This document shows, piece by piece, positions 23,983 to 34,138 of a stretch of 64,000 bases of DNA. The stretch is taken from NCBI GenBank assembly GCA_902538705.1, contig CACBGD010000001.1:64022-128021 (forward strand). Direction: 5' to 3'. The first letter of the stretch is position 1. Each line of letters starts with the position of its first letter. Both the position numbers and the translations under genes were made by a program. The notes below the pieces were generated by a model that did not search any database, was not told the DNA's origin, and worked only from the letters and a program-made list of their open reading frames with translations. Source of the stretch: an uncultured SAR86 cluster bacterium. Its GTDB lineage: Bacteria > Pseudomonadota > Gammaproteobacteria > Magnimaribacterales > D2472.

Positions 23983-24878
23983 TGAATAATAAAATCGAGA
24001 GAAAATTCCTTAAGATTCAAGACATGATCCTAGACGATTTATTATCTTTTGAATCAAAGAAATATAGAAAACTGATAGTTGATAATTGGAAATCTAGAAT
24101 TGGAAAAGGCAAAACTTGTGTTATTGAAAACGGCTCTGTTTTTGAAAAGGCTGTTGTGACATTTTCATCCGTATCAGGCAAAAATCTTCCTACCAGCTCG
24201 GGCATGTCTGAAAAAATACATAAAATACATAAATTTAAAGCTATGGGAGTTTCTGTAATATGCCATCCTAAAAATCCAAAGGTCCCAACCTCACATTTCA
24301 ATGTAAGAACTTTTATGATTTTTGATAAGAAAGGTTTGCAAAACTGGTGGATTGGCGGCGGATGTGATCTAACACCCTTTCTCCCATATAAATCTGATAT
24401 AACCCTTTGGCATAGTTCTTTAAAATCTATGTTTGATCCATTTAATAAGACTTTTTATAGAAAATTTGCAAGAGAGTGTGATAAATACTTTTTTTTGCCC
24501 CATAGAGAAGAAAGAAGGGGTGTAGGCGGAGTATTTTTTGACAATCTAAAGTATAAAGATCATGCTGACAGCCTTAATTTATTAGAATGTCTAGGAAAAA
24601 CATACATTCAAACCTATAGCAAAATCCTTAAAAGAAGAGCTAGTGAGAAATATTCAAAAGAGCAAAAACTGTTTCAGCAAATCAGAAGAGGCAGATATGC
24701 AGAATTTAACCTGCTTCACGACAGAGGAACAAAGTTTGGCCTTGATTCTGGGGGTAGAGTGAAATCTATTTTATCTTCTATGCCACCTTCAACATCCTGG
24801 ACTTATGAAATGCCAAAAGAGCTTAAGAGATATGAAACAAAGCTTTTAAAAACGCTCAAAGAATCTTGGGTAATTTAA
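23982..24878 (+). CDS. hemF: Oxygen-dependent coproporphyrinogen-III oxidase
   Basis: 298 aa with conserved blocks CHPKNPKVPTSHFNVR, WWIGGGCDLTP, LPHREERRGVGGVFFD and RGRYAEFNLLHDRGTKFG. Confidence 0.9.
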   Translation: MNNKIERKFLKIQDMILDDLLSFESKKYRKLIVDNWKSRIGKGKTCVIENGSVFEKAVVTFSSVSGKNLPTSSGMSEKIHKIHKFKAMGVSVICHPKNPKVPTSHFNVRTFMIFDKKGLQNWWIGGGCDLTPFLPYKSDITLWHSSLKSMFDPFNKTFYRKFARECDKYFFLPHREERRGVGGVFFDNLKYKDHADSLNLLECLGKTYIQTYSKILKRRASEKYSKEQKLFQQIRRGRYAEFNLLHDRGTKFGLDSGGRVKSILSSMPPSTSWTYEMPKELKRYETKLLKTLKESWVI

Positions 24879-24881
24879 CAA

Positions 24882-25703
24882 ATGCCAAAAATTAATAAAT
24901 TAGGTGTTATAGGTTCACCAATAGACCATTCTCTCTCCCCATTCATACATTCACGGTTTGCCAGACAAGCTAATTTAAACATTGATTACAGGCCATATAA
25001 AGTAGAGCCAGATGAGATAGATATTTTTCTTAAGGACTTTTTTGCTGATAGAAATGCAATTGGCCTAAATGTAACTTTGCCCTTAAAAAAAGAAGCATTC
25101 AATAGGTGTGACAGCACATCTGAAGAAGTAAGTTTTATAGAAGCTTCAAATACACTCATTAAAAAAAATAGATCTTTGCATGGGGAAACCACTGATAGTA
25201 GTGGCTTTATCAGCGATCTGAAAGATAAAAATATTGATTTATTTAGTAAGAGAGTTTTGGTAATAGGTGCAGGAGACGCAACAGAAAGCATTTTATGGGG
25301 AATCACAAAACAGAAACCTAAACAATTATTTATGATTAATAGAACTATTGAGAAAGCAGAAAGATTAGCAGAAAAGTATGGGGAGTTTGCTGATATTCAT
25401 GTAGTTTCAGAAGATAACAACATTAATGCAGATATTATTATCAATACAAGTTCTGCTGGCGTTACAGGAGAATTTAAAGAACCAGAAACAATAGATTTAA
25501 ACGATTCAATAATAGCTTATGATTTAAACTATTCAATTAATCAAACCCCTTTTTGTAAATGGGCGAAGTCTTTTACAGAAAAAAACTTTGATGGAACCGG
25601 AATGCTTGTACATCAGGCTGCAAAATCATTCAAGCTTTGGTTCAATTATGAACCCAATGTTATGAATGTTCTTCATGAAATTGAGCGCTTTAGAAATGAA
25701 TGA
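24882..25703 (+). CDS. aroE: Shikimate dehydrogenase
   Basis: 273 aa with the N-terminal GVIGSPIDHSLSP, then LNVTLPLK, and the Rossmann motif VLVIGAGDA. Confidence 0.85.
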   Translation: MPKINKLGVIGSPIDHSLSPFIHSRFARQANLNIDYRPYKVEPDEIDIFLKDFFADRNAIGLNVTLPLKKEAFNRCDSTSEEVSFIEASNTLIKKNRSLHGETTDSSGFISDLKDKNIDLFSKRVLVIGAGDATESILWGITKQKPKQLFMINRTIEKAERLAEKYGEFADIHVVSEDNNINADIIINTSSAGVTGEFKEPETIDLNDSIIAYDLNYSINQTPFCKWAKSFTEKNFDGTGMLVHQAAKSFKLWFNYEPNVMNVLHEIERFRNE

Positions 25704-25830
25704 CTTTAGAAGGTTTATTGCTGGCGCAATATGTCCAAAATGTAAGAAGAAAGACACAATTGCTCTTAGTGCTGATGACAAGAGAATTTTTTGTGTAAGT
25801 TGCGATTACGAAGAATATAAAAGCGAATAG
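25696..25830 (+). CDS. YheV-like small zinc-ribbon protein (44 aa); not in the ORF track
   Basis: Manual translation gives MNDFRRFIAGAICPKCKKKDTIALSADDKRIFCVSCDYEEYKSE. The RFIAGA-CPxC...CxxC pattern resembles E. coli YheV (KRFIAGAKCPAC...C.KCG, recalled from memory). The start overlaps the aroE stop by 8 nt. Confidence 0.6.
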   Translation: MNDFRRFIAGAICPKCKKKDTIALSADDKRIFCVSCDYEEYKSE

Positions 25831-25863
25831 ATATATTCCAGTACTTAAGTATAATGCCCTGGA

Positions 25864-25891
25864 TTAACTAAAAAAACACTATTAATATAAT
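25864..25891 (+). promoter_or_regulatory. Possible sigma70 promoter of the cox operon (TTAACT-N16-TATAAT)
   Basis: Hexamers at 25864-25869 and 25886-25891 lie about 50 nt upstream of the coxB GTG. AT-rich sequence makes chance matches likely. Confidence 0.25.
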
Positions 25892-25939
25892 AGAATTTTA
25901 TAATATAATATAAACAGAATTTATTAACGGAAAAGGGAA

Positions 25940-27094
25940 GTGTTTAAAAAAATTAACAATTTAAGCAAAAGTGCTTTTACAGCACTATTAATGTTATCGC
26001 TATATCCATCTAAAGTTCTCTCAGATTGGGATGCTTTAAATATGAGGGAAGGCGTTACACAAGTAAGCAGAGATGTTTTTGAATTACATATGCTTATTTT
26101 TTATATTTGTGTCGCTATCGGTGCAGTCGTCTTTTCAGTTATGTTCTATTCCCTTTTTAGATATACAAAGAAAAGAAATCCAAACCCATCTACGTTTCAT
26201 GAAAGTACAAAGCTTGAAGTTGCATGGACCATAATCCCTTTCCTTGTCTTAATAGCAATGGCAGTTCCGGCATCAAAAACTCTAACAGAGATTTATGACG
26301 ACGAAGAGGGCGAAATTAATATTCAAGTTGTTGGATATCAATGGAAGTGGGAATATAAGTATCTCGAAGATGATATTAATTTTTTCTCAAACCTTAGTAC
26401 AGACCAAGATGAAATTTATAACCTTGTTCCAAAAGGCGAAAACTATCTATTGGAAGTTGATGAACCTTTAATAATCCCAGTTGATACAAGAGTAAGATTT
26501 TTGATAACTGCTAATGACGTAATTCACTCATGGTGGGTTCCAGATTTTGCAATTAAACAAGATGCAATTCCTGGGTTCATCAATACAGCATGGACCAGAG
26601 CAGAAGAAACAGGCATTTACAGAGGTAATTGCACAGAGCTCTGTGGAAAGAACCATGGCTTTATGCCGGTAGTTGTTAAAGTTGTAGAAAAAGATGAATA
26701 TAACGAATGGGTATTAGCAAAGAAAGAAGAAGCAATAAAGCTTGCTGAACTCACAGAAAAGGAATGGTCTCTTGGTGAACTTACAGAAAGAGGTGAAGGG
26801 GTTTACCAAAAAAACTGTGTTGCTTGTCACCAAATGAATGGTGAGGGGCTCCCCCCAATATTTCCTGCTCTGGCTGGAAGTGACATTGTAATGTTTGACA
26901 AAGACAGAAATGTAGAAATTCTAATGGAAGGAGTTCAAGGAGCTGCTATGCAATCATTTGCCAATCAACTATCTGAAGTTGATATGGCTGCTGTTATAAC
27001 ATACACAAGACAGGCATGGGGAAATGCCGAAAATGGTGATGGAGTATATGTTGTTCCATCAGATATAGTTGAATACAAAAAACCAAAAATTTAA
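25940..27094 (+). CDS. coxB: Cytochrome c oxidase subunit II with a fused C-terminal cytochrome c domain (GTG start)
   Basis: 384 aa with the CuA site (HSWWVPDF...CTELCGKNHGFM) and a C-terminal heme-binding CVACHQ. Confidence 0.9.
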   Translation: MFKKINNLSKSAFTALLMLSLYPSKVLSDWDALNMREGVTQVSRDVFELHMLIFYICVAIGAVVFSVMFYSLFRYTKKRNPNPSTFHESTKLEVAWTIIPFLVLIAMAVPASKTLTEIYDDEEGEINIQVVGYQWKWEYKYLEDDINFFSNLSTDQDEIYNLVPKGENYLLEVDEPLIIPVDTRVRFLITANDVIHSWWVPDFAIKQDAIPGFINTAWTRAEETGIYRGNCTELCGKNHGFMPVVVKVVEKDEYNEWVLAKKEEAIKLAELTEKEWSLGELTERGEGVYQKNCVACHQMNGEGLPPIFPALAGSDIVMFDKDRNVEILMEGVQGAAMQSFANQLSEVDMAAVITYTRQAWGNAENGDGVYVVPSDIVEYKKPKI

Positions 27095-27109
27095 TTAGTG
27101 AGGTAAATT

Positions 27110-28693
27110 ATGAGCTCAGTTATTGAAAGCCACCACGATGATCATCATCACGGCCCTGCAAAAGGCTTGATGAGATGGCTTCTTACAACTAACCATAAAG
27201 ATATAGGTACTTTGTATCTATGGTTTAGTTTTGCAATGTTCTTAATTGGCGGAGCTATGGCAATGGTTATTAGAGCCGAGCTTTTCCAGCCTGGGATGCA
27301 AATAGTACAACCAGAATTCTATAATCAGATGCTCACACTTCATGGGCTTATTATGGTTTTCGGTGCCGTAATGCCAGCCTTTGTTGGATTGGCTAACTGG
27401 TTAATACCTATGATGGTTGGAGCACCAGATATGGCGCTGCCAAGATTAAATAATTTAAGTTTTTGGTTACTTCCATTTGCCTTTGGTATTTTGCTTTCAT
27501 CATTATTTATGGAGGGAGGGGCGCCAAACTTTGGTTGGACATTCTACGCACCCCTTTCAACCACATATGCACCCCCGAGCGTTACTTTCTTTATTTTTTC
27601 AGTTCACATTATGGGAGCATCATCAATTATGGGATCAATTAATGTGATAGTAACAATAATGAACATGAGAGCTCCAGGAATGGATCTAATGAAAATGCCA
27701 CTATTTGTCTGGTCATGGTTAATTACTGCCTATCTTCTTATAGCTGTTATGCCAGTGTTAGCTGGTGCAGTAACCATGATGCTAATGGATATTCACTTTG
27801 GAACTAGTTTTTTTAATGCAGCCGGTGGCGGTGATCCAGTATTATTCCAGCATATTTTTTGGTTCTTCGGCCACCCCGAAGTTTATATTATGATTTTGCC
27901 AGCATTTGGCATTATTTCTCATATCATTGAGACTTTTGCAAGGAAGCAACTATTTGGTTATGAATCCATGGTTTGGGCAATGCTGTCCATAGCAATTCTT
28001 TCTTTTGTTGTTTGGGCTCATCACATGTTTACAGTTGGGATGCCACTTGCAGCAGAACTCTTCTTTATGTGGGCAACAATGCTGATAGCTGTTCCAACAG
28101 GAGTAAAAGTTTTCAACTGGGTTGCAACTATGTTTAAAGGCTCTATTTCATTTGAGACGCCAATGTTGTTCGCTATTGCTTTTGTTGTTCTTTTTACAAT
28201 TGGTGGATTCTCAGGACTTATGCTTTCAATAGTGCCTGCTGATTTTCAATATCATGATACTTATTTTGTGGTAGCTCATTTCCACTATGTGCTAGTTCCT
28301 GGATCAATATTTTCAATAATGGCAGCAGTTTATTACTGGATACCAAAGTGGACAGGCAATATGTATGACGAAAGAATGGGTAGATTACATTTTTGGCTTT
28401 CATTTGTTGGCGTAAACGTAACGTTTTTCCCACAACATTGGATCGGATTAGCCGGAATGCCAAGGAGATATCCCGACTATGCCCTTCAGTTTGCTGATTG
28501 GAATATGGTTTCAACCGCTGGGGCATTTTTGTTTGGAGCGTCCCAAATCTTATTCTTATTTATTGTCCTAAAAACAGTACTGGGTGGGAAAAAAGCTACT
28601 CCTCAAGTTTGGGAAGGAGCAAGAGGGTTAGAGTGGTCAGTTGAGTCACCAGCCCCTTATCATACGTTTTCAACTCCACCCAAAGTTAACTAA
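27110..28693 (+). CDS. coxA: Cytochrome c oxidase subunit I
   Basis: 527 aa with 12 TM helices and heme-copper signatures ([27 protein letters not shown]). Confidence 0.95.
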   Translation: MSSVIESHHDDHHHGPAKGLMRWLLTTNHKDIGTLYLWFSFAMFLIGGAMAMVIRAELFQPGMQIVQPEFYNQMLTLHGLIMVFGAVMPAFVGLANWLIPMMVGAPDMALPRLNNLSFWLLPFAFGILLSSLFMEGGAPNFGWTFYAPLSTTYAPPSVTFFIFSVHIMGASSIMGSINVIVTIMNMRAPGMDLMKMPLFVWSWLITAYLLIAVMPVLAGAVTMMLMDIHFGTSFFNAAGGGDPVLFQHIFWFFGHPEVYIMILPAFGIISHIIETFARKQLFGYESMVWAMLSIAILSFVVWAHHMFTVGMPLAAELFFMWATMLIAVPTGVKVFNWVATMFKGSISFETPMLFAIAFVVLFTIGGFSGLMLSIVPADFQYHDTYFVVAHFHYVLVPGSIFSIMAAVYYWIPKWTGNMYDERMGRLHFWLSFVGVNVTFFPQHWIGLAGMPRRYPDYALQFADWNMVSTAGAFLFGASQILFLFIVLKTVLGGKKATPQVWEGARGLEWSVESPAPYHTFSTPPKVN

Positions 28694-29244
28694 TGAACAA
28701 GTCTGCTAAAAGAACTCTTAAATATCTGTCACTTGCAGTTTTTGGGATGTTCTTTTTTTCATTTGCATTAGTTCCTCTTTATGATGTGTTTTGTGAAGTA
28801 ACTGGTTTAAACGGAAAGATTTCTCAATCAGAAGAGGGTGTCAGCTATGAGTCAAATACTGGAAGAGATTTAACAATTCAATTTGTTTCTCATAATGCTG
28901 AACAAATGCCTTGGATATTCAGGCCCTCCGAAAAGATTATGAAAGTAAAGACTGGAAAGTATAGTAATGCAACGTTCTTTGTAAAGAACAATACTGACAA
29001 ACCAATGACAGCAAGAGCAGTTCCCAGTGTTGCCCCAAGCAATGCAAATGAATACTTAAAAAAATTAGAGTGCTTTTGTTTTGAAGAGCAGTTTCTTGCA
29101 CCAGGTGAAGAAGCTCTTCTGCCAGTCAGGTTTATTTTCGATAGCAACATTCCAGAGAGCATAAATAATGTAGCTCTTTCATATACTATCTTTGATATTA
29201 CTAACTATAATGACATGGAGATGGCACACCACGATGGAAGATAG
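28693..29244 (+). CDS. ctaG: Cytochrome c oxidase assembly protein CtaG/Cox11
   Basis: 183 aa with an N-terminal TM helix and the Cox11 copper motif CFCF (ECFCFEEQ). Confidence 0.85.
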   Translation: MNKSAKRTLKYLSLAVFGMFFFSFALVPLYDVFCEVTGLNGKISQSEEGVSYESNTGRDLTIQFVSHNAEQMPWIFRPSEKIMKVKTGKYSNATFFVKNNTDKPMTARAVPSVAPSNANEYLKKLECFCFEEQFLAPGEEALLPVRFIFDSNIPESINNVALSYTIFDITNYNDMEMAHHDGR

Positions 29245-30151
29245 GATGGAATATCAGAAGTACTATGTTCCTGAGTCGAGCAAATTTCCAATTTTTGCTG
29301 CCATTTCACTTTTCATATTAATAATAGGCGCCTCATCCACGATTAACTCTCTAGACAATCCTGAGAGTAATGCAAGTTTAATACTATATACCGGCTTAGC
29401 TTGCTTTCTCGCGACACTATTCTTTTGGTTTAGGCAGGTAGTAAAAGAAAATAATGCAGGTCTAGAAAGTACACAACTTTCTCAGTCTTTCGTTTATGGA
29501 ATGGCATGGTTTATATTTTCTGAAGTAATGTTCTTTGCTGCTTTTTTTGGAGCTCTATTCTATGTGAGGACTTTTGCAGTACCTTGGCTGGGTGGTGAAG
29601 GTGAAAAAGGCCTTGCAAACATCCTTTGGCAAGACTTTGAAGCTTCATGGCCATTAATTAACACTCCTGATGGAGGTAAAGCATTTGTTATTGCCGCAAA
29701 AAGCATGAGTTTTCCGGGCTGGGAAAATATTAGTCATTGGTTGCCTATATACAATACTATTGTGTTGCTTAGCTCAAGTGTAACAGTACACTTTGCCCAT
29801 CTTGGCTTAAAAAAAGGGAACAAAAAAACATTCAATGCCTGGTTAGCAATCACCGTTTTACTCGCCTTAATTTTTGTTGGCCTTCAAGCATTAGAATACT
29901 ATGAGGCATATGCTCATTTTGGGCTTACCCTCAATTCAGGCATATATGGATCTACGTTCTTCATGCTAACAGGTTTTCATGGCTTCCATGTAATGTTGGG
30001 CGGCTTAATGCTTGCAGTTATGCTCATAAGATCAGTATTTTATGGCCACTTTAATGAACACAAGCACTTCGGATTCGAAGCGGCATCCTGGTACTGGCAC
30101 TTTGTAGATGTTGTTTGGGTTATGTTGTTCCTATTTGTTTATATTTTATAA
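29234..30151 (+). CDS. coxC: Cytochrome c oxidase subunit III; start trimmed from the track ORF
   Basis: The track ORF starts at 29192, inside ctaG. In-frame ATGs at 29234 (MEDRMEYQKYY) or 29246 (MEYQKYY) fit a CoxIII of about 300 aa. Conserved blocks include FFMLTGFHGFHV and WYWHFVDVVW. Confidence 0.85.
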   Translation: MEDRMEYQKYYVPESSKFPIFAAISLFILIIGASSTINSLDNPESNASLILYTGLACFLATLFFWFRQVVKENNAGLESTQLSQSFVYGMAWFIFSEVMFFAAFFGALFYVRTFAVPWLGGEGEKGLANILWQDFEASWPLINTPDGGKAFVIAAKSMSFPGWENISHWLPIYNTIVLLSSSVTVHFAHLGLKKGNKKTFNAWLAITVLLALIFVGLQALEYYEAYAHFGLTLNSGIYGSTFFMLTGFHGFHVMLGGLMLAVMLIRSVFYGHFNEHKHFGFEAASWYWHFVDVVWVMLFLFVYIL

Positions 30152-30364
30152 ACTTTCTGAAGCTATATAAGAATTGCCAAGTTCACCAGTTGACAAACCA
30201 TATGCTACTAAAATTATTAATAAAATTGCCAAAGTGACTCTAATGCCTAAACCATACACAGTTCTTTTTCCTTCACCTCTATCTTTGAACAAGAAAAACA
30301 GGCTTGAAGCTAGGCTCAAGAGAATCCCGATTATTAATACTATAATGATGGTTTTTACTGACAT
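30146..30364 (-). CDS. Small twin-transmembrane-helix protein (DUF2909-like), opposite strand within the cox cluster
   Basis: 72 aa with two hydrophobic helices separated by a KDRGEGKR loop. It has the same position and orientation as the small ORF between coxIII and SURF1 in Pseudomonas cox clusters (recalled). Its 3' end overlaps the coxC stop by 6 nt. Confidence 0.5.
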   Translation of the reverse strand: MSVKTIIIVLIIGILLSLASSLFFLFKDRGEGKRTVYGLGIRVTLAILLIILVAYGLSTGELGNSYIASESL

Positions 30365-30388
30365 AACTTATGTATTGTATAGGTAAAG

Positions 30389-31084
30389 ATGAAATTAACT
30401 AAATCAAGGCAAGCAGCTACAATCTTTTATATATTTTTCTCAATTGTCTTTGTTGCTTTAGGCTTTTGGCAGATCAATAGAGGAAACGAAAAAACAAAAA
30501 TTATTGAAACCTTTGAGTTGCAGCAGGCAGGACAAGCTATTGAGTTCTCTTCTAACTCTCAACAATGGGAAAGGGTTTATATTAACGGTAAGCTTGATGA
30601 TAAAAGAATAATATATCTTGATAATGTAATTCACAAAGGGATATTAGGCTTTAAAGTTTTAGCCCCAGTCTTTATAGAAGAAAATAAAATAATGTTAGTA
30701 GATTTTGGCTGGATTAAACAGCCCCAAAGTAGATCTCAAGCAAGCTTTGTTAGCATTTCTGAGAATAAAAATATTTCTGTTTCAGGTGTTCTAGAATCAC
30801 CAGAAATGGGATTATTATTATCAGAAGATATTTTTACAAACGCCTGGCCAAAAATATCTCAGAGCAAATCAATAATTGCATTAGAGTCCTTATTTGAAGA
30901 GGAAATTATTAAATTTATTCTTCTGTCTGACTATAGGCCAGACACTAACTTTGTATATTTAAAACCTGTTGTTGCTAATATGCCACCAGTAAAACACTAT
31001 GGTTACGCCGGTCAATGGTTTGCAATGTTCATAGCATTATCAATTATGTATTTATATTTTTTGAGGAAATCATCAAATGAATAA
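30389..31084 (+). CDS. SURF1-family cytochrome oxidase biogenesis protein
   Basis: 231 aa with N- and C-terminal TM helices, WQINRGNEK near the N-terminus and HYGYAGQWF near the C-terminus. These features are typical of SURF1/Shy1. Confidence 0.8.
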   Translation: MKLTKSRQAATIFYIFFSIVFVALGFWQINRGNEKTKIIETFELQQAGQAIEFSSNSQQWERVYINGKLDDKRIIYLDNVIHKGILGFKVLAPVFIEENKIMLVDFGWIKQPQSRSQASFVSISENKNISVSGVLESPEMGLLLSEDIFTNAWPKISQSKSIIALESLFEEEIIKFILLSDYRPDTNFVYLKPVVANMPPVKHYGYAGQWFAMFIALSIMYLYFLRKSSNE

Positions 31085-31628
31085 AAAATCATTCTTACTC
31101 TTTCTATTGCTGACACCTTTAATAGTAATTGTTTCATCTACGCTTGCTTTTAGATTCGGTTTTGGGCCTGAAGCTACCAAAAATAATGGCATATTTTTCA
31201 ATGAGTTTACAGACGTTACAGGAATGGAAATATCTTCTACAAAAAGCTCTAAGCTGGACTTTGAAGATGGTAAGTGGGTAATGGGAATTTATCACAATAG
31301 CGAAGGTAAAACTTTAGAAAACAGTAGGTTAATGAAACAGCTCAATGTGGCTCTCAATAGAGATATTAACAGAGTGAAAAGAATTGTTTTTTTTGAGACC
31401 AAACCAGAAGATAGCTTTCTTGCGAATATTGAAAATGATTTTCCAAGACTAGAAATTTTTATTGATGCAGAATCAAGATTTAAAGATCTTTTATTAAATT
31501 TATCTAATGAATCAGTTATTTCATCAAGTTACATTTTTATAATTGATCCATATGGAAGACTTGTTATGTACTTTCCAAATGATCTAACTCCTAAAAAGAT
31601 TCTCAAAGACTTAAAGGTACTAATATGA
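31077..31628 (+). CDS. Membrane-anchored protein of unknown function in the cox assembly cluster
   Basis: 183 aa with a single N-terminal TM helix and no Cys motif. It overlaps both neighbours and occupies a conserved slot between SURF1 and heme A synthase. Confidence 0.5.
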   Translation: MNKKSFLLFLLLTPLIVIVSSTLAFRFGFGPEATKNNGIFFNEFTDVTGMEISSTKSSKLDFEDGKWVMGIYHNSEGKTLENSRLMKQLNVALNRDINRVKRIVFFETKPEDSFLANIENDFPRLEIFIDAESRFKDLLLNLSNESVISSSYIFIIDPYGRLVMYFPNDLTPKKILKDLKVLI

Positions 31629-32599
31629 TAAATATAAGAAATATATCTCTTTTTGGAGGACTATTTGCAATTGTTGTAATTGCTTTAGGGGCTTGGACAA
31701 GACTCGTAGATGCAGGTTTGGGTTGTCCAGATTGGCCCGGATGTTATGGATTTGTAACTTTTCCAACAACTGACGCAGAAATAGCACTTGCTGAAAGCAG
31801 GTATCCTACTTTTCCATACGAGATTGACAAAGCAATACCGGAAGTCGTTCACAGGTATTTTGCTGCCATGCTAGGCCTTATTGCAATCTTTCTAGTATTC
31901 TTTGCGATCAGGCATAAAGTAGAAAGTTCATTAAGGAATCTTTCAATCTTTTTATTATTTTTTATTTGTTGCCAAGGTCTTTTCGGTTACTTGACTGTAA
32001 GCTTAAAACTCCTTCCTATCATAGTTACAGGTCATCTCTTTGGTGGCTTTATAACGCTGAGTTTATTCTTTTTTATATTTCTAAAAGCAGCCGACTTCAA
32101 ATTTTTAAGCTATATTGATATTAGAAAATATAGGTATCTTGCATTAATTTGTTTGGTTGTTTTGCTTGCTCAGATATTTCTTGGTGCATGGACAAGTACC
32201 AACTATGCTTCACTCGCATGCCCCGATTTTCCAACTTGTCAGGGTAGCTACTATCCAGAAATGGACTTCGAATCAGGATTCAATCTTAAGCAAGAAGTCG
32301 GACCAAATTATCTTTATGGACTTTTAGAGAATCCAGCGCGAGTTGCCATACATTATTCACATAGAGTTACAGCCCTCGTTCTAACATTTTTCATGTTAAT
32401 TTTGATTGGCTGTTTATGGTTTACGAATGCTGCTCCATTATCATCAACACTGGGACTAGTTTTGCTGCTCCAAATTTCTTTGGGAATTATGAATGTGGTC
32501 TATGTTCTACCTTTGTATATTGCAATTGCTCATAATCTTATTGCAGCAATGTTACTATTGGTTACTTTGCTTGTTAATTACTTAGCTTTCAAAAAATGA
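31625..32599 (+). CDS. ctaA: Heme A synthase (COX15/CtaA)
   Basis: 324 aa with 8 TM helices, the conserved GCPDWPGCYG motif, and paired His residues (HRYFA, HYSHR). Confidence 0.85.
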   Translation: MINIRNISLFGGLFAIVVIALGAWTRLVDAGLGCPDWPGCYGFVTFPTTDAEIALAESRYPTFPYEIDKAIPEVVHRYFAAMLGLIAIFLVFFAIRHKVESSLRNLSIFLLFFICCQGLFGYLTVSLKLLPIIVTGHLFGGFITLSLFFFIFLKAADFKFLSYIDIRKYRYLALICLVVLLAQIFLGAWTSTNYASLACPDFPTCQGSYYPEMDFESGFNLKQEVGPNYLYGLLENPARVAIHYSHRVTALVLTFFMLILIGCLWFTNAAPLSSTLGLVLLLQISLGIMNVVYVLPLYIAIAHNLIAAMLLLVTLLVNYLAFKK

Positions 32600-33453
32600 A
32601 TGTTTTAAAAAACTACCTTGAGCTTACAAAACCTAAGGTAGTTTTAATGATGCTCATAACAGCAATTGTTGGAATGCTTCTAGCATCAAAAACTCTTCCA
32701 TCAATTTATTTGGTCATTATTTCAATGACAGGTATAGGCCTGTGTGCGTCATCCGCAGCAACCATTAATCAAATTATAGATAGAAATATAGATGCAAATA
32801 TGGCTCGAACATCTAACCGCCCACTCCCCCAGGGTGATATTACTACTTTCAATGCTAGCCTATTTGCCTTTGCGTTGATGATCGCTGGAACAGTTATACT
32901 TGTGAGCCAAGTAAACACTCTTACGGCAGTTCTAACAGTAGCTTCCTTAGTAGGATATGCATTTATTTATACAGTTTTTTTAAAAAGGGCAACACCTCAA
33001 AATATAGTTATTGGAGGCTTAGCAGGAGCAGCACCACCACTTTTAGGGTGGACATCAGTAACCAATTCAATTGATCCAAATGCGCTTCTTTTGGTCTTAA
33101 TAATTTTTGTTTGGACGCCTCCACATTTTTGGGCTCTTGCTATTTATAGAAAGGATGATTATGCAAGAGAGTCTATACCTATGCTGCCAGTTACGCACGG
33201 AGTTAGATTTACAAAACTTCAAATTATTTTATATACAGTTCTATTATTGCTTGTTAGTTTGCTTCCTTTTATCGTATTAATGTCAGGAAATATATATCTA
33301 TTTTCAGCACTAGGGCTCGGACTATTTTATTTATACTCATCAATAAAAATGTATTTAACCGATGATGATGATTATCCTATGACTTCATTTAAATATTCGA
33401 TTTATTACATTTTTCTTATCTTTTTTGCGCTCTTGGTAGATCACTTTATCTAA
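32596..33453 (+). CDS. cyoE: Protoheme IX farnesyltransferase (heme O synthase)
   Basis: 285 aa UbiA-family prenyltransferase with DRNIDANMARTSNRPLP and WTPPHFWALA. Confidence 0.9.
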   Translation: MNVLKNYLELTKPKVVLMMLITAIVGMLLASKTLPSIYLVIISMTGIGLCASSAATINQIIDRNIDANMARTSNRPLPQGDITTFNASLFAFALMIAGTVILVSQVNTLTAVLTVASLVGYAFIYTVFLKRATPQNIVIGGLAGAAPPLLGWTSVTNSIDPNALLLVLIIFVWTPPHFWALAIYRKDDYARESIPMLPVTHGVRFTKLQIILYTVLLLLVSLLPFIVLMSGNIYLFSALGLGLFYLYSSIKMYLTDDDDYPMTSFKYSIYYIFLIFFALLVDHFI

Positions 33454-33454
33454 G

Positions 33455-34099
33455 ATGAAAAATAATATAAGACTTTCTTTGCTTCTTATTTTTGTCTTCA
33501 TAGGAACAATACTTTTTGGATTCGTAAACAAGCTAACAGCCCCGAGAATACTTAGTAATGAAGAGTTATTAATAAATGGCTTTTATAGGTTGCAACAGCC
33601 TATTGCACTCTCAGACTTCAACTTAGAGAAAGAAGATGGCTCTTACTTTACAAAATCAGACTTGCTGGGCAAATGGACAATAATATACTTTGGTTTTAGT
33701 AACTGTCCTTCAGAGTGCCCAGTAACAATGAGTGAATTAAGAAAACTTATCAACGCTCTTAGAGAAAAAGATTTTGAGCTTGATGATAAGCAATGGGTCT
33801 TAGTTACTATAGATCCTGAAAGGGATTCTGCAAAAGATATAAATTTCTATGCTTCTAGATTCGACTCCAGCTTTGTTGGCTTGAGGGCAGAGAGACCAAC
33901 TTTATTAAGCCTAACAACACAACTTAATGTTGCAAAAGTGAAACCAATGAAACATGAAATGCATTCTATCGAAGACTTAAGTAATCATGTTAACAATATA
34001 ATTTTAATCAATAAGGATGCAGAATATTTTGGATTTTTTAGGCCCCCTTTCGATATTTCAAAACTTTCTCTGACCTATCAGTCAGTTACCACCCAATAA
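33455..34099 (+). CDS. SCO1/SenC copper chaperone
   Basis: 214 aa with an N-terminal TM helix and a thioredoxin fold carrying CPSECP (CxxxC) plus a downstream His. It is the last gene of the cox cluster. Confidence 0.85.
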   Translation: MKNNIRLSLLLIFVFIGTILFGFVNKLTAPRILSNEELLINGFYRLQQPIALSDFNLEKEDGSYFTKSDLLGKWTIIYFGFSNCPSECPVTMSELRKLINALREKDFELDDKQWVLVTIDPERDSAKDINFYASRFDSSFVGLRAERPTLLSLTTQLNVAKVKPMKHEMHSIEDLSNHVNNIILINKDAEYFGFFRPPFDISKLSLTYQSVTTQ

Positions 34100-34138
34100 G
34101 CCCTTGTTTTCTTTCACTTCCATACTTATATTACTTAT

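Noticed and set aside
25837-25863. A hairpin (TCCAG...CTGGA) containing the palindrome TACTTAAGTA after the YheV-like ORF, considered as a terminator.
   Set aside because: The stem is only 5 bp, and the downstream sequence is A-rich rather than a U-tract on the transcribed strand. It is more likely incidental, or part of the cox promoter region.
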